A DNA stretch of 55,991 nt from Coriobacteriia bacterium (GTDB taxonomy: Bacteria; Actinomycetota; Coriobacteriia; Anaerosomatales; PALSA-660): positions 1 to 55,991 of the forward strand of contig JANYKZ010000103.1 of NCBI GenBank assembly GCA_025361505.1. Direction: 5' to 3'. The notes beneath the pieces are model-generated. The model was not told the DNA's origin, ran no database searches, and saw only the letters and a program-made list of their open reading frames with translations. Position numbers and translations under genes: made by a program. Positions 54,280 through 55,991 of the stretch are shown here, in pieces. Positions within the stretch are counted from its first letter, which is position 1, and each line of letters begins with the position of its first letter.

Positions 54280-55205
54280 AGCGCCGGCCCGGTGTTCTTG
54301 TGCAGGTCGGAGGCGACCTCGTAGACCACGCCGAGCGAACCCGGTCCCACGTGGATGCCGACGGAGGTGACCAGCAGTTGCACGGCGGGCCGGTGGCCGG
54401 TCCGCGCCTCGATGAGCGAGGCGAGCGCCTCCCCTTCGTCAAGGTCGATCACGTGGTGGACGACCGCTCCGACGAAGCCGTAGGCCTCGATGTCGGCGGC
54501 GACCATCGCGGCGATCCCCTCGAGCGCCCGACGCTGCGTGCGGACCGACTTCACGGTCGCGGTGACACCGTCGACCACGCTCAGGATCGGGCGGATCTGC
54601 AGCAGCGACCCGAGAAGGGCCCGCGCGTTGCCGATGCGGCCACCCATCCGCAGGTAGTCGAGCGTACGGGGCGTGAAGAGCCAGCGGGTGCGGCCGGTGG
54701 TCACGCGAGCGGCGGCGGCTGCATCAGCGGCGGTTCCGCCCGCGGCAGCGACCTTCGCGGCCGCGAGCACAGCGAAGCCCTCCTCCATGGAGTTGGAGCG
54801 GGAATCGACCACCTCGATCGTCGCGCCCGGGTGCCGTTCGATGACCTGGTCGCGCGCAAGCAACGCGCTCTCGTACGTGCCGCTCATCTTCGAGGAGATC
54901 AGCACCGCCACCACTTCGTCGCCGCGCGCGACCGGCTCCTCGAGCGCCTCGATCATCAGCGCGAGGGGCGGCTGCGACGACGTCGGGAAGTCGCGCGTGG
55001 TCAGCATGCGGCGGTAGAAGTCCTCGGCGTCGATCTCGAGATCGGACTCGCTGACGCCGCCGAGCGTCACGGACAGCGGGACGACGCGGATGCCGTTGGC
55101 GGCGGCCAGTTCGGCCGACATCGAACTCGTGGAATCGGTGACGACCTGGACGGCCAAGGTTCCTCCCCCGAGGGCTGACGCGCTGGTCCCCGCCGCGCGT
55201 GACAC
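54276..55205 (-). CDS. DegV family fatty-acid-binding protein (paralogue)
   Basis: 309 aa with VQVVTDSTSSM...FPTSSQP. GTG start. Confidence 0.88.
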   Translation of the reverse strand: MSRAAGTSASALGGGTLAVQVVTDSTSSMSAELAAANGIRVVPLSVTLGGVSESDLEIDAEDFYRRMLTTRDFPTSSQPPLALMIEALEEPVARGDEVVAVLISSKMSGTYESALLARDQVIERHPGATIEVVDSRSNSMEEGFAVLAAAKVAAAGGTAADAAAAARVTTGRTRWLFTPRTLDYLRMGGRIGNARALLGSLLQIRPILSVVDGVTATVKSVRTQRRALEGIAAMVAADIEAYGFVGAVVHHVIDLDEGEALASLIEARTGHRPAVQLLVTSVGIHVGPGSLGVVYEVASDLHKNTGPAL

Positions 55206-55317
55206 GATGGTAGCGCACCGCGAGGACCGCGGCGGTTCGCACCGCGCGGGTATACACTATTCGTGCTGGAGTATGCAGCGAGCGGTCGACAGCCGGAGCC
55301 GACGCAGGGAGCTGACG

Positions 55318-55991
55318 ATGGAACGTATACGGACCGTCATCATGGGCGCAGCAGGGCGCGACTTCCACGACTTCCAGGTCCTGTATCGGGACGACCCTTC
55401 TGTGGACGTCGTCGCGTTCACCGCGACGCAGATCCCGGGCATCGACTCACGCACCTACCCTGCGGTGATCGCGGGACCGCTGTATCCCGACGGGATCCCG
55501 ATCGTCCCCGAGTCCGAACTCGCAACGCTCATCCGTGACAAGCGCATCGCCAAGGTCGTGTTCGCCTACTCCGACGTCGCGCATGTCGACGTCATGCACA
55601 AGGCCTCGATCGTTCTTGCTGCCGGCGCGGACTTCGAGCTGATCGCCGCACAGCGCACGATGCTCCCGTCGACGAAGCCCGTCATCTCGATCTGCGCCGT
55701 GCGCACGGGAGTCGGCAAGTCGGGCATCTCCCGCTACGTTTGGGAGCTGCTGGCCGAGCACGGCCTCAAGGGCGTCGACATCCGGCACCCCATGCCCTAC
55801 CGCGATCTCACCGCGATGCGCGTCGAGCGCTACGCCTCGATGCAGGACCTCGACGACCTCGGCGTGACGGTCGAGGAGCGCGAGGAGTACGAACACCTCA
55901 TCGAGGTTGGTGCCGTCGTCATGGCGGGTGTGGACTACGCCGACATCCTGCACGCCGCCGAGTTCGAGTGCGACGTGGTCATCTGGGACGG
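55318..55991 (+). CDS. COG2403-type predicted GTPase / cyclic 2,3-diphosphoglycerate-synthetase-like protein, 3' end cut by window edge
   Basis: Absent from the ORF track because it runs off the right edge. ATG preceded by AGGGAG. MERIRTVIMGAAGRDFHDFQVLYRDDPSVDVVAFTATQIPG...ICAVRTGVGKSGISR... The family assignment is from memory of the MGAAGRDFHNFN-type N-terminus. Confidence 0.55.
   Translation, partial: MERIRTVIMGAAGRDFHDFQVLYRDDPSVDVVAFTATQIPGIDSRTYPAVIAGPLYPDGIPIVPESELATLIRDKRIAKVVFAYSDVAHVDVMHKASIVLAAGADFELIAAQRTMLPSTKPVISICAVRTGVGKSGISRYVWELLAEHGLKGVDIRHPMPYRDLTAMRVERYASMQDLDDLGVTVEEREEYEHLIEVGAVVMAGVDYADILHAAEFECDVVIWD

Noticed and set aside
55263-55538. Track ORF 55263..55538 (+) and antisense ORF 55447..55953 (-) at the right edge.
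   Set aside because: The frame starting at 55318 has an SD, a clean GC3 bias and a recognisable MGAAGRDFH... family N-terminus. The other two are Arg-rich alternates.

Overview
This is a very GC-rich bacterial chromosomal segment with strong third-position GC bias. It is most likely Actinomycetota-like, because it keeps the classical actinobacterial gene order tilS-hpt-ftsH ... folE-folP-(x)-folK ... panB-panC. I call about 60 protein genes. All but five lie on the minus strand, and many are translationally coupled by ATGA/GTGA/TGATG overlaps. Several use GTG or TTG starts. Many ORFs in the supplied track are Arg/Pro-rich antisense or N-terminally over-extended artefacts of the high GC content, so I trimmed starts by motif, Shine-Dalgarno and overlap logic.

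Content from left to right:
- panC (partial) and panB.
- An 11-gene complex I operon, nuoABCDHIJKLMN, with no nuoEFG.
- A membrane H+-pyrophosphatase with the K+-independent signature.
- A folate operon folE-folP-orf-folK with no folB.
- A ~10.7 kb Tad/Flp pilus cluster: three flp genes, tadE-like, tadG-like, cpaB, tadZ, tadA, a VWA-tadB fusion and tadC. It carries a GAF histidine kinase and a LuxR-type regulator, and sits between ftsH and folE.
- ftsH, hpt, and a tilS carrying an in-frame TAG.
- A YehZYXW/OpuC-type osmoprotectant ABC system.
- A flavoprotein disulfide reductase, an MFS transporter and an NDH-2.
- A Liv-type branched-chain amino acid ABC system.
- cysK coupled to an Rrf2 regulator.
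- A glutaredoxin-like gene followed by a ferredoxin:thioredoxin-reductase catalytic domain fused to a Rieske [2Fe-2S] domain.
- SbcCD-like yhaO/yhaN, two tandem degV genes, and a partial COG2403-type gene.

I saw no rRNA, tRNA, CRISPR array, transposase or integrase. The best candidate for something undescribed is the Grx-like / FTR-Rieske pair at 47906-48852. Secondary candidates are the VWA-TadB fusion, the EFG-less Nuo operon, the folB-less folate operon and the interrupted tilS.
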